Source: an uncultured Flavobacteriales bacterium (GTDB lineage: Bacteria; Bacteroidota; Bacteroidia; Flavobacteriales_D; JABDKJ01). Taken from it: a stretch of DNA of 64,000 nucleotides. The notes beneath the pieces were generated by a model that saw only the letters and a program-made list of their open reading frames with translations, had not been told where the DNA came from and made no database searches. Below, piece after piece: positions 1 through 9,670 of this stretch. Position numbers and translations under genes: made by a program. The stretch covers positions 168,701 through 232,700 of the forward strand of contig CAZSQZ010000004.1 of NCBI GenBank assembly GCA_964609215.1. The letters run 5' to 3'. Positions within the stretch are counted from its first letter, which is position 1; each line of letters starts with the position of its first letter.

Positions 1-945
1 CACTTTATCTGAAAAAGATTGAATTCTCGCACATTCTCGGGGTGATAAAAATCGGTCAAGTTCTGGATGAATGGAAGTCATACCCCTTGTCCAATAAGCT
101 GTATATGAAGGCACATCTTTTTTTGCTCTTCTATATCCACCTTCATAATGTTGTTTGTTTTCACTGAAATTTCCCACAATATTTTTCATATTGCCTCCAA
201 CAGGTACACTTCTTATTTTTTCAAGTACTCTTTCACTATGGTTTTGAGTAGTATGATTATACACTGTCTCTGAATCTTTACGCATTAATTCTTGATACTC
301 ATTTCTTACTTTTCTTGTGTAGCGAAATTTACCAATTCTCTCCCCATGAGATACTTTGGGTAAATCGGAAATAGCATCCCAGAATGATACTTTTGGCTTT
401 TGACCAAAGAGATTTGGAGTATCAAAATTTTCAATAGTTGGTATGGGTGGTTTTTTTCGCTTAGAGCCTATTGCAACAAATCTTTTTCGATATTGAGGAA
501 CACCATAATCACTGGAATCTAAGATGAACCAACTCCAGTAATAATCTAATTTATTTAGTTTTATCTCAAGCTGTTTAAAGTACTCACCATTATATAATCG
601 TTTGAAGCCAGGCACATTTTCAAAAACCCATACGTCTGGATCCACTTTTCTGATGATTTCAACAAATGACCAAACAAGACTATTTCGAGTATCATTTTTT
701 ATTTTTTTCCCTTCATTGCTAAATCCTTGACATGGAGGACTTCCAATTACAACATCTACTTTGGGGAATTTTATATTCTTATAATCGTATAAATCAACAC
801 AATTTACCTTTCCTGAAAAATTAAAATCCAATGTTTTACATGCAGCTTCATTCCATTCATATAGACCTTTGCAATCCCATCCCAGATCACTTAATCCTGC
901 TTCCCAGCCTCCTGCTCCTGCAAAAAGATCAATGTATTTTATCAT
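1..945 (-). CDS. DNA (cytosine-5)-methyltransferase, partial (C-terminus lies beyond the left edge)
   Basis: Absent from the ORF track because it runs off the window. My minus-strand translation from the ATG at 945-943 gives MIKYIDLFAGAGGWEAG...VIGSPPCQGFS...VWVFENVPGF...GVPQYRKRFVAIG...LSPRECARIQSFSD. These are C5-MTase motifs I (FxGxGG), IV (PPCQ), VI (ENV), VIII (QxRxR) and IX. The frame stays open to position 1. Confidence 0.9.
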   Translation of the reverse strand, partial: MIKYIDLFAGAGGWEAGLSDLGWDCKGLYEWNEAACKTLDFNFSGKVNCVDLYDYKNIKFPKVDVVIGSPPCQGFSNEGKKIKNDTRNSLVWSFVEIIRKVDPDVWVFENVPGFKRLYNGEYFKQLEIKLNKLDYYWSWFILDSSDYGVPQYRKRFVAIGSKRKKPPIPTIENFDTPNLFGQKPKVSFWDAISDLPKVSHGERIGKFRYTRKVRNEYQELMRKDSETVYNHTTQNHSERVLEKIRSVPVGGNMKNIVGNFSENKQHYEGGYRRAKKDVPSYTAYWTRGMTSIHPELDRFLSPRECARIQSFSDKV

Positions 946-2060
946 TTGTTCATTTTCTTTTTTAGATGCGTCAAAATATTTTTCAAATCTATGGTTTTCG
1001 AAGCTGATGGTGTAATAACATTAAACCAATTTTCTTCAATATGTGTTATGTTTTTTGCAAAGTAATTAGTGAGAGCCAAATGTGCATCTCTATATAAATT
1101 TACTTTGGTTAGCTTATTACCCTTTATATCTTTATTGTAACTATCTTCAAATGCTTTCTTTATCGCTTCATATTCTGCTTCTTTCGGATCAATAATTGTG
1201 TCTTGAACAAATTCTACCATAGATTCATCTTTGAAGAATAAAAGCCAATCATATGAATCCTTTAAAACTAATAACTCCTTGTTTAATTTTTCTTCTGAAT
1301 ACCAATTACCATGATTACTAACTATACCTATTGTTAAAACAAAACCCTTCATTTCTTCAGGAGTTGCTTCGTAAACCAGTCTATCAAGTTCTTCTTTGAA
1401 ATTAAGAAAGCTTATTTCCCCTTCATTTGTTTCATAAAAGCCTAACAATTCACCTTTGCGTGACCTAACTTTTTGCAATGCTGAAACAGATTTTGCTACA
1501 TAAGCCCCTTGTTTTGCTTTTTCAATAGTAGTTGGACCTTTTTTATTTCCTTCTTCAACGCCAACCCTTTTACATTCTACCATAGCAAAAGGCATTTGAG
1601 ATAATTCAACTAAATATGACTTTTCTTTAAAAAAGTTAAGCATCAGTTTCCCACTATCTTTTTCACCAAGTACACAATTGTTTCGTTGAACTAAGTCTTT
1701 CGATAGCAAGGATTTATATTTCAAATCATAATTATCAAATTTATTTTTAAACTCAGGATTTTGTTTTCGGAAACCTGAAGAAGTTGTGGACTCTCCATAT
1801 TCTATTTCTGGTTCTTCTACCGATTTAATAGGATGCATTGCAAATTCAACATTATGAGTAATGTCATCATTGCCAAATTCAGGAATCTTTAATTCAATTA
1901 TTACATTGTTTGTTAGTTCCCATTCTTGAAGAAGATAATATGAAATCAATTCAAGTAAAGTACCAAGTGCTCTTCCAGAAGCTTTCTTAATATCTTTCCT
2001 GTCACCAAATATTTCTTCGGCAAGTTTTTTCTGCAAAGCATCTATTGAAGGATATGACAT
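942..2060 (-). CDS. Putative type II restriction endonuclease, partner of the downstream C5-MTase
   Basis: 372-aa ORF whose TGA (944-942) overlaps the MTase ATG (945-943) as ATGA. It contains PFAMVECKRVGVEE, compatible with the ExK part of a PD-(D/E)xK core. I recognise no named REase family by eye; the call rests mainly on context. Confidence 0.5.
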   Translation of the reverse strand: MSYPSIDALQKKLAEEIFGDRKDIKKASGRALGTLLELISYYLLQEWELTNNVIIELKIPEFGNDDITHNVEFAMHPIKSVEEPEIEYGESTTSSGFRKQNPEFKNKFDNYDLKYKSLLSKDLVQRNNCVLGEKDSGKLMLNFFKEKSYLVELSQMPFAMVECKRVGVEEGNKKGPTTIEKAKQGAYVAKSVSALQKVRSRKGELLGFYETNEGEISFLNFKEELDRLVYEATPEEMKGFVLTIGIVSNHGNWYSEEKLNKELLVLKDSYDWLLFFKDESMVEFVQDTIIDPKEAEYEAIKKAFEDSYNKDIKGNKLTKVNLYRDAHLALTNYFAKNITHIEENWFNVITPSASKTIDLKNILTHLKKKMNK

Positions 2061-2404
2061 ATTTTTTTTAGTTTATTGTGCATAGCACCCAAATATAGTG
2101 CATTACTGCCTTATATTTTCATTGCATATCAGCAACTATACAAAAACCCCACACCTCAATAAAAATCAATAAAATAGATGCATTAACACAATTTAAACGT
2201 TTGTAAACGACTATAAGTGGGTGTTAAACGTTTAACATACGGCTAGGAATTTTTGCTCTCCTTTCATTTGCAGTGCCAAACAAAAAAAGGCTTGAGATTT
2301 ATGAGCTTATTGAAAAGTATCACGCTTAATAAAGCATCAAAAAATGAAAACACCTCTTGCGTTTGGAAATTAAAAATTCAGTTAAACAATTAAAATTTAG
2401 AAAA

Positions 2405-2746
2405 ATGAACAACATGAGAAACAAGGTACAATTGATTGGTCGTTTAGGTATGGATCCGGAAGTAATGAACTTTGACGGAGGAAAGAAAAAAGCCAACTTT
2501 AATTTGGCTACCAACTCTGCTTACTATGATAAGGCAGGTGAAAAAATCGAGGAAACGCAATGGCACAAAATTGTGGCTTGGGGCAAGAACGCTGAGCGCA
2601 TAGAAAAGTTCATGCGTAAAGGTCAACAGGTTGCAATTGAAGGCAGATTAAACAGCCGCTCTTGGGAAGATAAAGACGGACAGAAACGATACATCACAGA
2701 AGTAATGGTGAGTGAATTTCTGCTTTTAGATCGCAAAGAATCTTAA
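2405..2746 (+). CDS. ssb: Single-stranded DNA-binding protein, short form without an acidic C-terminal tip
   Basis: MNNMRNKVQLIGRLGMDPEV...ANFNLATN...ETQWHKIVAWGKNAERIEKFMRKGQQVAIEGRLNSRSWEDKDGQKRYITEVMV is a typical SSB OB-fold. The tracked ORF (from 2357) has an implausible N-terminal extension, so ATG 2405 or 2414 is preferred. Confidence 0.85.
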   Translation: MNNMRNKVQLIGRLGMDPEVMNFDGGKKKANFNLATNSAYYDKAGEKIEETQWHKIVAWGKNAERIEKFMRKGQQVAIEGRLNSRSWEDKDGQKRYITEVMVSEFLLLDRKES

Positions 2747-2905
2747 TTGCAAATAAGATAAAAAAACGAAATGGACTATGTACCCTTTAAACACCATCAT
2801 ATACCTACTACGCCTCAATGATAACCTATTCTATGCTCTTCATATTTGAGGCTTAAACCCCTACTCTTTTTAAACAAAGAGTTAAAACTAGGTACCATAA
2901 TGGTT

Positions 2906-2936
2906 AAAAAGGCCGCTATTCCAGCGGTCTTTTTTA
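2906..2936. terminator. Bidirectional rho-independent terminator between ssb and the acyltransferase
   Basis: A-run 2906-2910, 7-bp stem ggccgct/agcggtc (one GU pair) with a 5-nt loop, then T-run 2930-2935. Confidence 0.6.
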
Positions 2937-3923
2937 TTTTCTATATCTAATGGATTTGCTCAATTTCATACTTGGTCTTTCTATAAAAACATAAAATAAC
3001 AGAGAGACCAAAATGCTTAATAAAATTCCAAGAAATACGATTGTAAACGGGTGCAAGTCCAGAGATTTATTTCTTGATAAAAAATAAAGTAGCCATCCCC
3101 CAGACACACCATGTAATAAATACATAGAATAAGAGATCTTTCCCAAAAAATTCAAGACTCTATTCCACCACTGTTTCCATAATATAAAAACCGCACTTAA
3201 TATGGCAATGGCTAAATCAACAGGGTGATAAAAAATATAGAGTAAGGCAAATATCAAAAACAATAAAATGAGATTATTTCTAAGCTCAGCTTTTTGGTAA
3301 ATTTCATAAAGCGTCATCCCTAAAATGAAATATGGTGCATTTATCAAAACAGTTTGATAATTATTAAAATAAATTCCCAATGCAATCCATAAAGCAAAAA
3401 GAACTATTCGAACGACATAGTTCTTGCGAATTAGAGGAAATAGTAGACCAATCAAAAAATAAAATTGAATCTCCACCTTCAGGGTTACAAAAATGACATT
3501 AAACCATTCTAATTGGGGAAATAAATCAGCAACATAAAAAGCACTAGCAAGCATTGTTGGCCAATCCCAATTAAATTCTATTCCCCAAATTTTCGTATGT
3601 AAATACCATGAAACAAATGGTATAAATAAGATTGTCATCCAATAATTTGGAACGATGCGTAGAATTCTCTTTAGAATATATTTAGGATAAAACTGAATAT
3701 TATAATCTTGGCGATATAAAGAAAAGGCAATTACAAATCCTGAAATGACGTAAAACATCTCTACTCCCTGAGCACCAAATACACTCCAATCTCTTAATTT
3801 TTCGTTTTTGACAAGAAATTCTTCCCCATTAAAATATGTCATGAAATGAAAACAAACAACCATCATTGCTGCTATGCCTCTTAAACTTTCAATATGCTCT
3901 AAATAACCTGTTTTATTCTTCAA
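2934..3923 (-). CDS. Acyltransferase family 3 (OafA/YrhL-like) integral membrane protein
   Basis: The N-terminus LEHIESLRGIAAMMVVCFHF is typical of acyltransferase_3. The 329-aa protein is polytopic and hydrophobic. Confidence 0.8.
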   Translation of the reverse strand: MKNKTGYLEHIESLRGIAAMMVVCFHFMTYFNGEEFLVKNEKLRDWSVFGAQGVEMFYVISGFVIAFSLYRQDYNIQFYPKYILKRILRIVPNYWMTILFIPFVSWYLHTKIWGIEFNWDWPTMLASAFYVADLFPQLEWFNVIFVTLKVEIQFYFLIGLLFPLIRKNYVVRIVLFALWIALGIYFNNYQTVLINAPYFILGMTLYEIYQKAELRNNLILLFLIFALLYIFYHPVDLAIAILSAVFILWKQWWNRVLNFLGKISYSMYLLHGVSGGWLLYFLSRNKSLDLHPFTIVFLGILLSILVSLLFYVFIERPSMKLSKSIRYRK

Positions 3924-4085
3924 GCTGAATGCTGGTGTTTATTGGTAATCTCTATAAATATAATACTTGGTCAATATTTATAAGTGAACTCTTCTGTCAT
4001 TCAAAGAGAATCTAATCAAGTAATCTATCAAAAGTGTATTGCAAAACCCAAGTTTTATATAGACCTTTGTGCCTTAGAGAAGCAC

Positions 4086-5441
4086 ATGAAAAATTTGTCA
4101 GAACTCTCAGCCGTTTCACCTATAGACGGCCGTTATAGAAGGCACACCTCCATTTTGTCACCCTATTTTTCTGAGTACGCCCTTATGCGCTATCGCGTTC
4201 TGGTTGAAGTAGAATACTTCATTGCGTTAATTGAAGAAAAACTTCCCACTTTTAATGGCACTGAATTGAAAGCTGAAGAATTAAGAAAAATCTATATCGA
4301 TTTTGATTATGCGGATGCAGAGAAAATTAAACAAACGGAAAGAACAACCAATCATGATGTGAAAGCGGTGGAGTATTTCGTAAAAGAAAAAGTAATCGCT
4401 TTAGGCTATGCACATATCAGTGAATACATTCATTTTGGTTTAACTTCTCAGGACATCAATAACACCGCTATTCCAAAGAGCATCTTAGATTTTTTGAACG
4501 ATGTTTATTTCAATGAACTGGAAAACATTACGGAAAGTCTGCACACCTATTCCAAAGAATGGAAGGATATTCCCATGTTGGCAAGAACGCACGGGCAACC
4601 TGCATCTCCAACGCGTTTGGGTAAGGAATTATATGTTTTTGTTGAACGTATTGTGGAGCAGCTAAAGCAATTGAAACTCATTCCTATTTCTTCAAAGTTT
4701 GGCGGAGCTACTGGAAATTTCAATGCGCATCATGTGGCTTTTCCATCTATTGATTGGGTTCGTTTTGCCAATAATTTTGTGAATGAGAAACTGGGCTTAT
4801 CCCGTTCTCAAACAACGACTCAAATTGAGCATTACGATAACCTCGCCTCTCTTTTTGATGCCGTGCAAAGAATCAATACCATACTGATAGATTTGGCAAG
4901 AGATATTTGGACCTATATCTCCATGGATTATTTTAAGCAAAAGATCAAAGCGGGTGAGGTCGGTTCTTCCGCCATGCCACATAAAGTAAACCCTATAGAT
5001 TTTGAGAATGCAGAAGGAAATCTGGGAATGGCCAATGCACTGCTCGATCATATGGCAAGAAAACTACCTGTTTCCAGATTGCAAAGAGATTTGACAGATT
5101 CTACCGTTCTTAGAAACTTAGGTTCAGCTTTTGGTCATGTAATGATCGCTTTTAAAAGTATTCAAAAAGGATTGAGTAAGTTGGAATTGAATGAAGCTAG
5201 TTTATCCAATGATTTGGAAAATAATTGGGCGGTTGTTGCAGAAGCCATTCAGACGGTTTTAAGAAGAGAAAATTACGAAGCTCCCTATGAAAAATTGAAG
5301 GCGCTGACCAGAAAGGGCACTAAAATATCCCAATCCGATTTTTCTGAATTTATTGATTCTCTAGCCGTAAGCAACGAAATCAAGAATGAATTAAAAGCAA
5401 TAACTCCAAGTAATTACACCGGAATTGTATTGAACAATTGA
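4086..5441 (+). CDS. purB: Adenylosuccinate lyase
   Basis: LSAVSPIDGRYRRHTSILSPYFSEYALMRYRVLVEVEYF, GLTSQDINNTA, ARTHGQPASPTRLGKE and GSSAMPHKVNP (lyase signature). The tracked ORF starts at GTG 3984; ATG 4086 (MKNLSELSAVSPIDGRY) fits PurB N-termini. Confidence 0.92.
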   Translation: MKNLSELSAVSPIDGRYRRHTSILSPYFSEYALMRYRVLVEVEYFIALIEEKLPTFNGTELKAEELRKIYIDFDYADAEKIKQTERTTNHDVKAVEYFVKEKVIALGYAHISEYIHFGLTSQDINNTAIPKSILDFLNDVYFNELENITESLHTYSKEWKDIPMLARTHGQPASPTRLGKELYVFVERIVEQLKQLKLIPISSKFGGATGNFNAHHVAFPSIDWVRFANNFVNEKLGLSRSQTTTQIEHYDNLASLFDAVQRINTILIDLARDIWTYISMDYFKQKIKAGEVGSSAMPHKVNPIDFENAEGNLGMANALLDHMARKLPVSRLQRDLTDSTVLRNLGSAFGHVMIAFKSIQKGLSKLELNEASLSNDLENNWAVVAEAIQTVLRRENYEAPYEKLKALTRKGTKISQSDFSEFIDSLAVSNEIKNELKAITPSNYTGIVLNN

Positions 5442-5529
5442 GGTGAAAAAAACTGTTGATAAAGCTTTTTAGCTCCTTTCGAGACCCGCATAGTTCTGGA
5501 TATTTTTATCCAACTTGTTAAATCAAACT

Positions 5530-6072
5530 ATGTTTAGCACACTTCTAGGGAAGAAAAAAATGACAGAGTTAGCTGTAGCAGAGCTAATGGTAAATTCTGT
5601 TTTCAATGCGGTTGGAAAATCTTTTAAAGATGTTTCTGGACTTTTGAATGACGAAACGAGTTTCGAATCACGTCCAAAGATTGATGAAGAAGATGGTTAT
5701 CAATTTCTGCTCATTGTGTTGACTGCAAATATATGTTTCGTACCCAAATTTTTTGAGAGCGGTCAGGATAAGAGAATTATTGAGTACGTAATTGGTTATT
5801 CAAGTGATCTCTTACAAATGGATAAAAGACAATTGGCGCAAGACATTAGTGATTGTAAAAAACAAATGTCAAGAATAAATTACCCTTCTAAGAATACGGT
5901 TTATGCCATGTCTAAATCCATTTTTTATAGATATGAATTGAATGATTTTCAGGAGAACTATTTTAAGACCTTAAAAGTTCCCAATCCTAAGTTTCTTCAA
6001 AAAATGGATGAAATAAACAAACTCTTCATTTTTAACTGGAAGGAATTATTTGAAAAATACAAGGTGGCCTAA
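5530..6072 (+). CDS. Hypothetical protein
   Basis: ORF with no recognisable motifs. The tracked start is TTG 5515; the first ATG is at 5530. Confidence 0.45.
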   Translation: MFSTLLGKKKMTELAVAELMVNSVFNAVGKSFKDVSGLLNDETSFESRPKIDEEDGYQFLLIVLTANICFVPKFFESGQDKRIIEYVIGYSSDLLQMDKRQLAQDISDCKKQMSRINYPSKNTVYAMSKSIFYRYELNDFQENYFKTLKVPNPKFLQKMDEINKLFIFNWKELFEKYKVA

Positions 6073-6078
6073 ACCGAT

Positions 6079-7293
6079 TTAATGGTATCGAAAAGCTTCT
6101 TTTGCCATATCTGCAATTTGCCCACCAATAGCTAGAGATGCCGTTGCCGCGGGTGAAGGAGCATTTAAAACATGAATTGCATTTCCATTTTTTTCTATTC
6201 TAAAATCATCTCTTGTATCTCCCTTTTCATTCAATAACATTGCACGAACTCCCGATCTTCCTGGCCTTATATCATCCATAGTTAAAGAAGGAACCATGCG
6301 CTGCAACGTTTCCAAAAATCGTCTCTTTGAAAATGCTCTTCTATATTCGTTTAAGCCAAAGGATATATTGCCTAGGAATAATTTCCAAGTTCCTGAATAG
6401 GTCAACGCATCTATACTATCTAGTAAATTGAAATCGGTTTTACCATAACCTTCTCTTTTAAAGGTGAAAACTGCATTGGGTCCGCATTCTATTTCTCCGT
6501 TGGTCATTCTCGTAAAATGAACACCTAAAAAAGGAAAGGCCGGATTAGGAGTTGGGTAGATCAGGTTTTTGATTTTGTGCTTTGCCTGATCGGTTAATTC
6601 ATAATAATCTCCTCTGAAGCCCACTACCCTTTCTTTTATCTTAACCTTGTTTTTCTTGGCTAATCTATCTGCCTGCAATCCTCCACAAAAAATGACATTC
6701 TTCGCCAAAACATTTCTGGCTTTGGTATGGATAATACTTCCTTCGCTATCATCTGTAAAGCTTTCTGCAGCCTCATTTAAGTAAAGTTTGCTTTCAGTAT
6801 TTTTAGATAATGCTATTTCCACCATTTTTTCGGTTGCACCCACAAAGTCTATTATTCCAGTACAAGGCACCCATATTCCATCTATTGCTTCACAAAATGG
6901 TTCTATCTCTTTTATTTGATCTCCAGTTATCCGCTCTATTCCTTCAATCTCGTTTTCCTTTCCGGTTTTAAATATTTTGTCAAGCCTTGGAATTTCCTCG
7001 GGGTCGGTAGCCACAACTACTTTTCCGCAAACATCATGTGCTACTCTATGTTCTTTGGAGAAAGCAACAATTTCATGACGGCCTTGAATGCAGTTTTTAG
7101 CTTTTAAAGATCCTGGAGTATAATAAAGCCCGGAATGAATAACACCAGAATTATGACCGGTTTGATGAGCTGCTAATCGTTTTTCCTTTTCAAATAAGAC
7201 AATTCTTTTTTCCGGGTATCTGCTTTGTAGTTTGTAAAAAGTGGCCGCGCCAACTATTCCACCTCCTATGATTGCAACATCAAAATTTTCCAA
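6079..7293 (-). CDS. lhgO: L-2-hydroxyglutarate oxidase (FAD-dependent)
   Basis: DVAIIGGGIVGAAT (FAD GxGxxG), HQTGHNSGVIHSGLYYTPGSLKA, LIYPTPNPAFPFLGVHFTRM, GPNAVFTFKREGY and NAPSPAATASL closely parallel E. coli LhgO/YgaF. Confidence 0.85.
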   Translation of the reverse strand: MENFDVAIIGGGIVGAATFYKLQSRYPEKRIVLFEKEKRLAAHQTGHNSGVIHSGLYYTPGSLKAKNCIQGRHEIVAFSKEHRVAHDVCGKVVVATDPEEIPRLDKIFKTGKENEIEGIERITGDQIKEIEPFCEAIDGIWVPCTGIIDFVGATEKMVEIALSKNTESKLYLNEAAESFTDDSEGSIIHTKARNVLAKNVIFCGGLQADRLAKKNKVKIKERVVGFRGDYYELTDQAKHKIKNLIYPTPNPAFPFLGVHFTRMTNGEIECGPNAVFTFKREGYGKTDFNLLDSIDALTYSGTWKLFLGNISFGLNEYRRAFSKRRFLETLQRMVPSLTMDDIRPGRSGVRAMLLNEKGDTRDDFRIEKNGNAIHVLNAPSPAATASLAIGGQIADMAKEAFRYH

Positions 7294-7363
7294 TGCAATG
7301 AATTTAGATCAAATGTAAAAGTATTCCACTTGCAAACAATGAACTTTCATTTTTTTTTGAAAA

Positions 7364-9670
7364 TTAGTGCCCACTGTTATCTGATTTACTTTCAGGATTC
7401 GGTATGGTATATCTAAATCCAATATAAATGTTGCGACCAAAAACAGGAGCGTAAGCGAAATTGGAATCGAAATATTCTCCAAAGGGATCCGCATTTGCAA
7501 CGATAGCATCTCTTTGTCTAAAATCAAGCGCATTTTCCACTCCCAGATAAATTTCCGTGTTCTCTGCAATCATACGAGTACCCTGAAAATTTAATATAGC
7601 ATAAGCATCACTGTATTCATTCCTCTGGTGTATTTCAGGATTGTTTCTAGTCTGCGGTAACCTTTGTTCACCAATAGCTTGAACGGTTGCATCAAACATC
7701 CATTGGCTTTTGTTCTTGTTTCTTCTGGTCTCATATCCTACATTTAAAAAACCTCTTAACGAAGGGTTAAACGGCACTGCAAGATTTCCACTTGAATAAT
7801 CCGTTCTCACATCCATCCACCTTCCTGCTATTCTAAAGTCCAATCGATCCAATGGCTCAATGTGTAATTCTGCTTGTACACTATTTGAATACGATCTCCC
7901 ATCCAAATTATAGAAATGAACCTCTTGAGTTGAAGCATCTAAATCTACCACCACCTGATTCAAAAAGTTAGTATTGTAAAAGTCTAAAAGAAAACTTGCA
8001 TCATTATTAAAGAGTTCAAATTTTCTGGTAAGGTTTAGTCCAATAGTCGTTGCTTCTTCTATATCTAAACCATAAGCTCCAATACCAGGGTTATCGATAA
8101 ATAAGTTTCTACTACTTGCCAAAATATCCAAATTCTCATTGAAAATATTTGCTACTCTTTGCCCTTTTCCAGCTGCAAATTTCAATGCTGTTTTCACATC
8201 CAAAGCGTATCGGGCATTGACTCTATAGTTTAAAAGCGTCCCATAAATATTGTGTTCATCAACCCTCAAGCCTGCAATTACATTGTAAATATCCTCTCCG
8301 TTCAAGGTATATTCGAAAAAAGCCCCAGGCACCTTTTCCGTTCTTCTAAAAGAGGGACTGCCCACATTTTCAACCAATGCAAATGATTCCTCCAACACAA
8401 GTTCATCGTAATCATCATATAAAAAAGAAAACCCCGTTTTATACCTATGCTTATGGCTAAATTCGCTTTGATAAATGAGATTGGCGCTAAACATCTGTTC
8501 CTCTCCATTATAGAACCTTCGTCCAAACATTGCTTCTTGTGAATGCAAAACTCCCTTTAGTTGAAGACCAATACTTGCAACATCGGAATTGGGAAAAAGG
8601 TATCCCGTTTTGGAATATGCCTCTATCCTTTTTGTATCCATTACAACACCGTAAAAAGAGGTTATAATATTTTCCGGGGTAAATTCTAGCTGACCGCTTT
8701 GAGAATTCATGAAAACACCTTTCAAAGAAATTTCCGCTTTTGTGTTTTCTCCGTTCACATTCAACGTATTCTGTAAAACCAAATGATCTTGTAATGGATT
8801 ATCAATAAATCCGTCATCATTATTGTCAATTTTTGCAGATAAGTTTTTTGCGTGAGCAAGGAAAGTACCTTTGACTTTTTCGGAAATTGGATAGTTGAAA
8901 TTTAAATTAGCCTCTAGCCTGCTTCCAACATTTGCGAATAAATTAACATGAAGATTCTCAGCATTAGATGGTTGTTTCATGTTCACGTTTATCTGTCCGG
9001 TGACACTTTCATAACCATTTACTACAGAACCTGCAGCCTTTCCAATTTGAATAGCATGGATCCAAGGACCTGGAATAAACTCAAGCCCCTCATAATGTGC
9101 CAAACCTCTTATATACGGAATATTGTCCTCTAAGATCTGTACATATTTCCCATCCAAACCTAGCATTTTTATTTGCTGCCTTCCCGTTATTGCATTGGAA
9201 TAGGAAGCATCAACAGAAGCATTGGTCTCAAAACTTTCAGCAAGGTTGCAGCACGCAGCTTTTCTCAATTCCTTTTTATTCAAGTTTTGAGCAATGATGG
9301 GTTCCAATAATGAAATTTCCGTTCCCCTTCTTCTATATGTAATTTCAACAGCCTCTAAGGTTTTTAGATTTTTCAAAACAATATCGATGTCCTTATTGCT
9401 ATTTATTTCTATGGTATCGGTAACATAACCCACAAAACTAATTACCAGATTTTTATACTCTTTTTTGTAAGGAATTTGGAATACTCCATTGTGATTTGAA
9501 GAAACTCCTACATCTGTTCCTGCCCAAACCACACTCACAAAAGGCAACGGTGTTTTGGTGTAATCTGCATTTTGCTCATAGATAACACCTTTCAGTAAAT
9601 CATCGTGCTCCTGAGCAAAAACACTAACTCCAAAGAACAATGCTAAGATGAAAATAGAATGCTTTTTCAT
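7364..9670 (-). CDS. TonB-dependent receptor with N-terminal carboxypeptidase-regulatory-like domain
   Basis: Signal peptide, then GVIYEQ...VSVVWAGTDVGVSSNHNGVFQI (CarbopepD_reg-like), the plug-region motif AACCNLAESFETNASVD..QIKMLGLDGKY, and a C-terminal aromatic barrel end ...GRNIYIGFRYTI. Its ATG overlaps the upstream HMA gene stop as TAATG. Confidence 0.85.
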   Translation of the reverse strand: MKKHSIFILALFFGVSVFAQEHDDLLKGVIYEQNADYTKTPLPFVSVVWAGTDVGVSSNHNGVFQIPYKKEYKNLVISFVGYVTDTIEINSNKDIDIVLKNLKTLEAVEITYRRRGTEISLLEPIIAQNLNKKELRKAACCNLAESFETNASVDASYSNAITGRQQIKMLGLDGKYVQILEDNIPYIRGLAHYEGLEFIPGPWIHAIQIGKAAGSVVNGYESVTGQINVNMKQPSNAENLHVNLFANVGSRLEANLNFNYPISEKVKGTFLAHAKNLSAKIDNNDDGFIDNPLQDHLVLQNTLNVNGENTKAEISLKGVFMNSQSGQLEFTPENIITSFYGVVMDTKRIEAYSKTGYLFPNSDVASIGLQLKGVLHSQEAMFGRRFYNGEEQMFSANLIYQSEFSHKHRYKTGFSFLYDDYDELVLEESFALVENVGSPSFRRTEKVPGAFFEYTLNGEDIYNVIAGLRVDEHNIYGTLLNYRVNARYALDVKTALKFAAGKGQRVANIFNENLDILASSRNLFIDNPGIGAYGLDIEEATTIGLNLTRKFELFNNDASFLLDFYNTNFLNQVVVDLDASTQEVHFYNLDGRSYSNSVQAELHIEPLDRLDFRIAGRWMDVRTDYSSGNLAVPFNPSLRGFLNVGYETRRNKNKSQWMFDATVQAIGEQRLPQTRNNPEIHQRNEYSDAYAILNFQGTRMIAENTEIYLGVENALDFRQRDAIVANADPFGEYFDSNFAYAPVFGRNIYIGFRYTIPNPESKSDNSGH

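Noticed and set aside
2301-2393. 30-codon ORF (MSLLKSITLNKASKNENTSCVWKLKIQLNN) in the R-gene/ssb intergenic region, a possible small controller protein
   Set aside because: It is too short, has low complexity and no HTH-like pattern, and it overlaps the likely ssb promoter and leader. Nothing distinguishes it from chance.
1-2936. Calling the R-M/ssb region a mobile element
   Set aside because: The visible sequence has no integrase, transposase, tRNA target or flanking direct repeats. The suggestion is kept as a low-weight hypothesis in the findings, and no mobile_element feature is called.
3984-4085. N-terminal extensions in tracked ORFs (purB from GTG 3984, and also 35592, 43178, 46725, 52974 and 58719)
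   Set aside because: Internal ATGs give N-termini that match the protein family or produce proper signal peptides, whereas the extensions have no such features and overlap upstream genes or terminators.
7309-7569. 86-aa ORF overlapping the 3' end of the TonB-dependent receptor
   Set aside because: It is out of frame with the strongly supported receptor gene and has no independent support.
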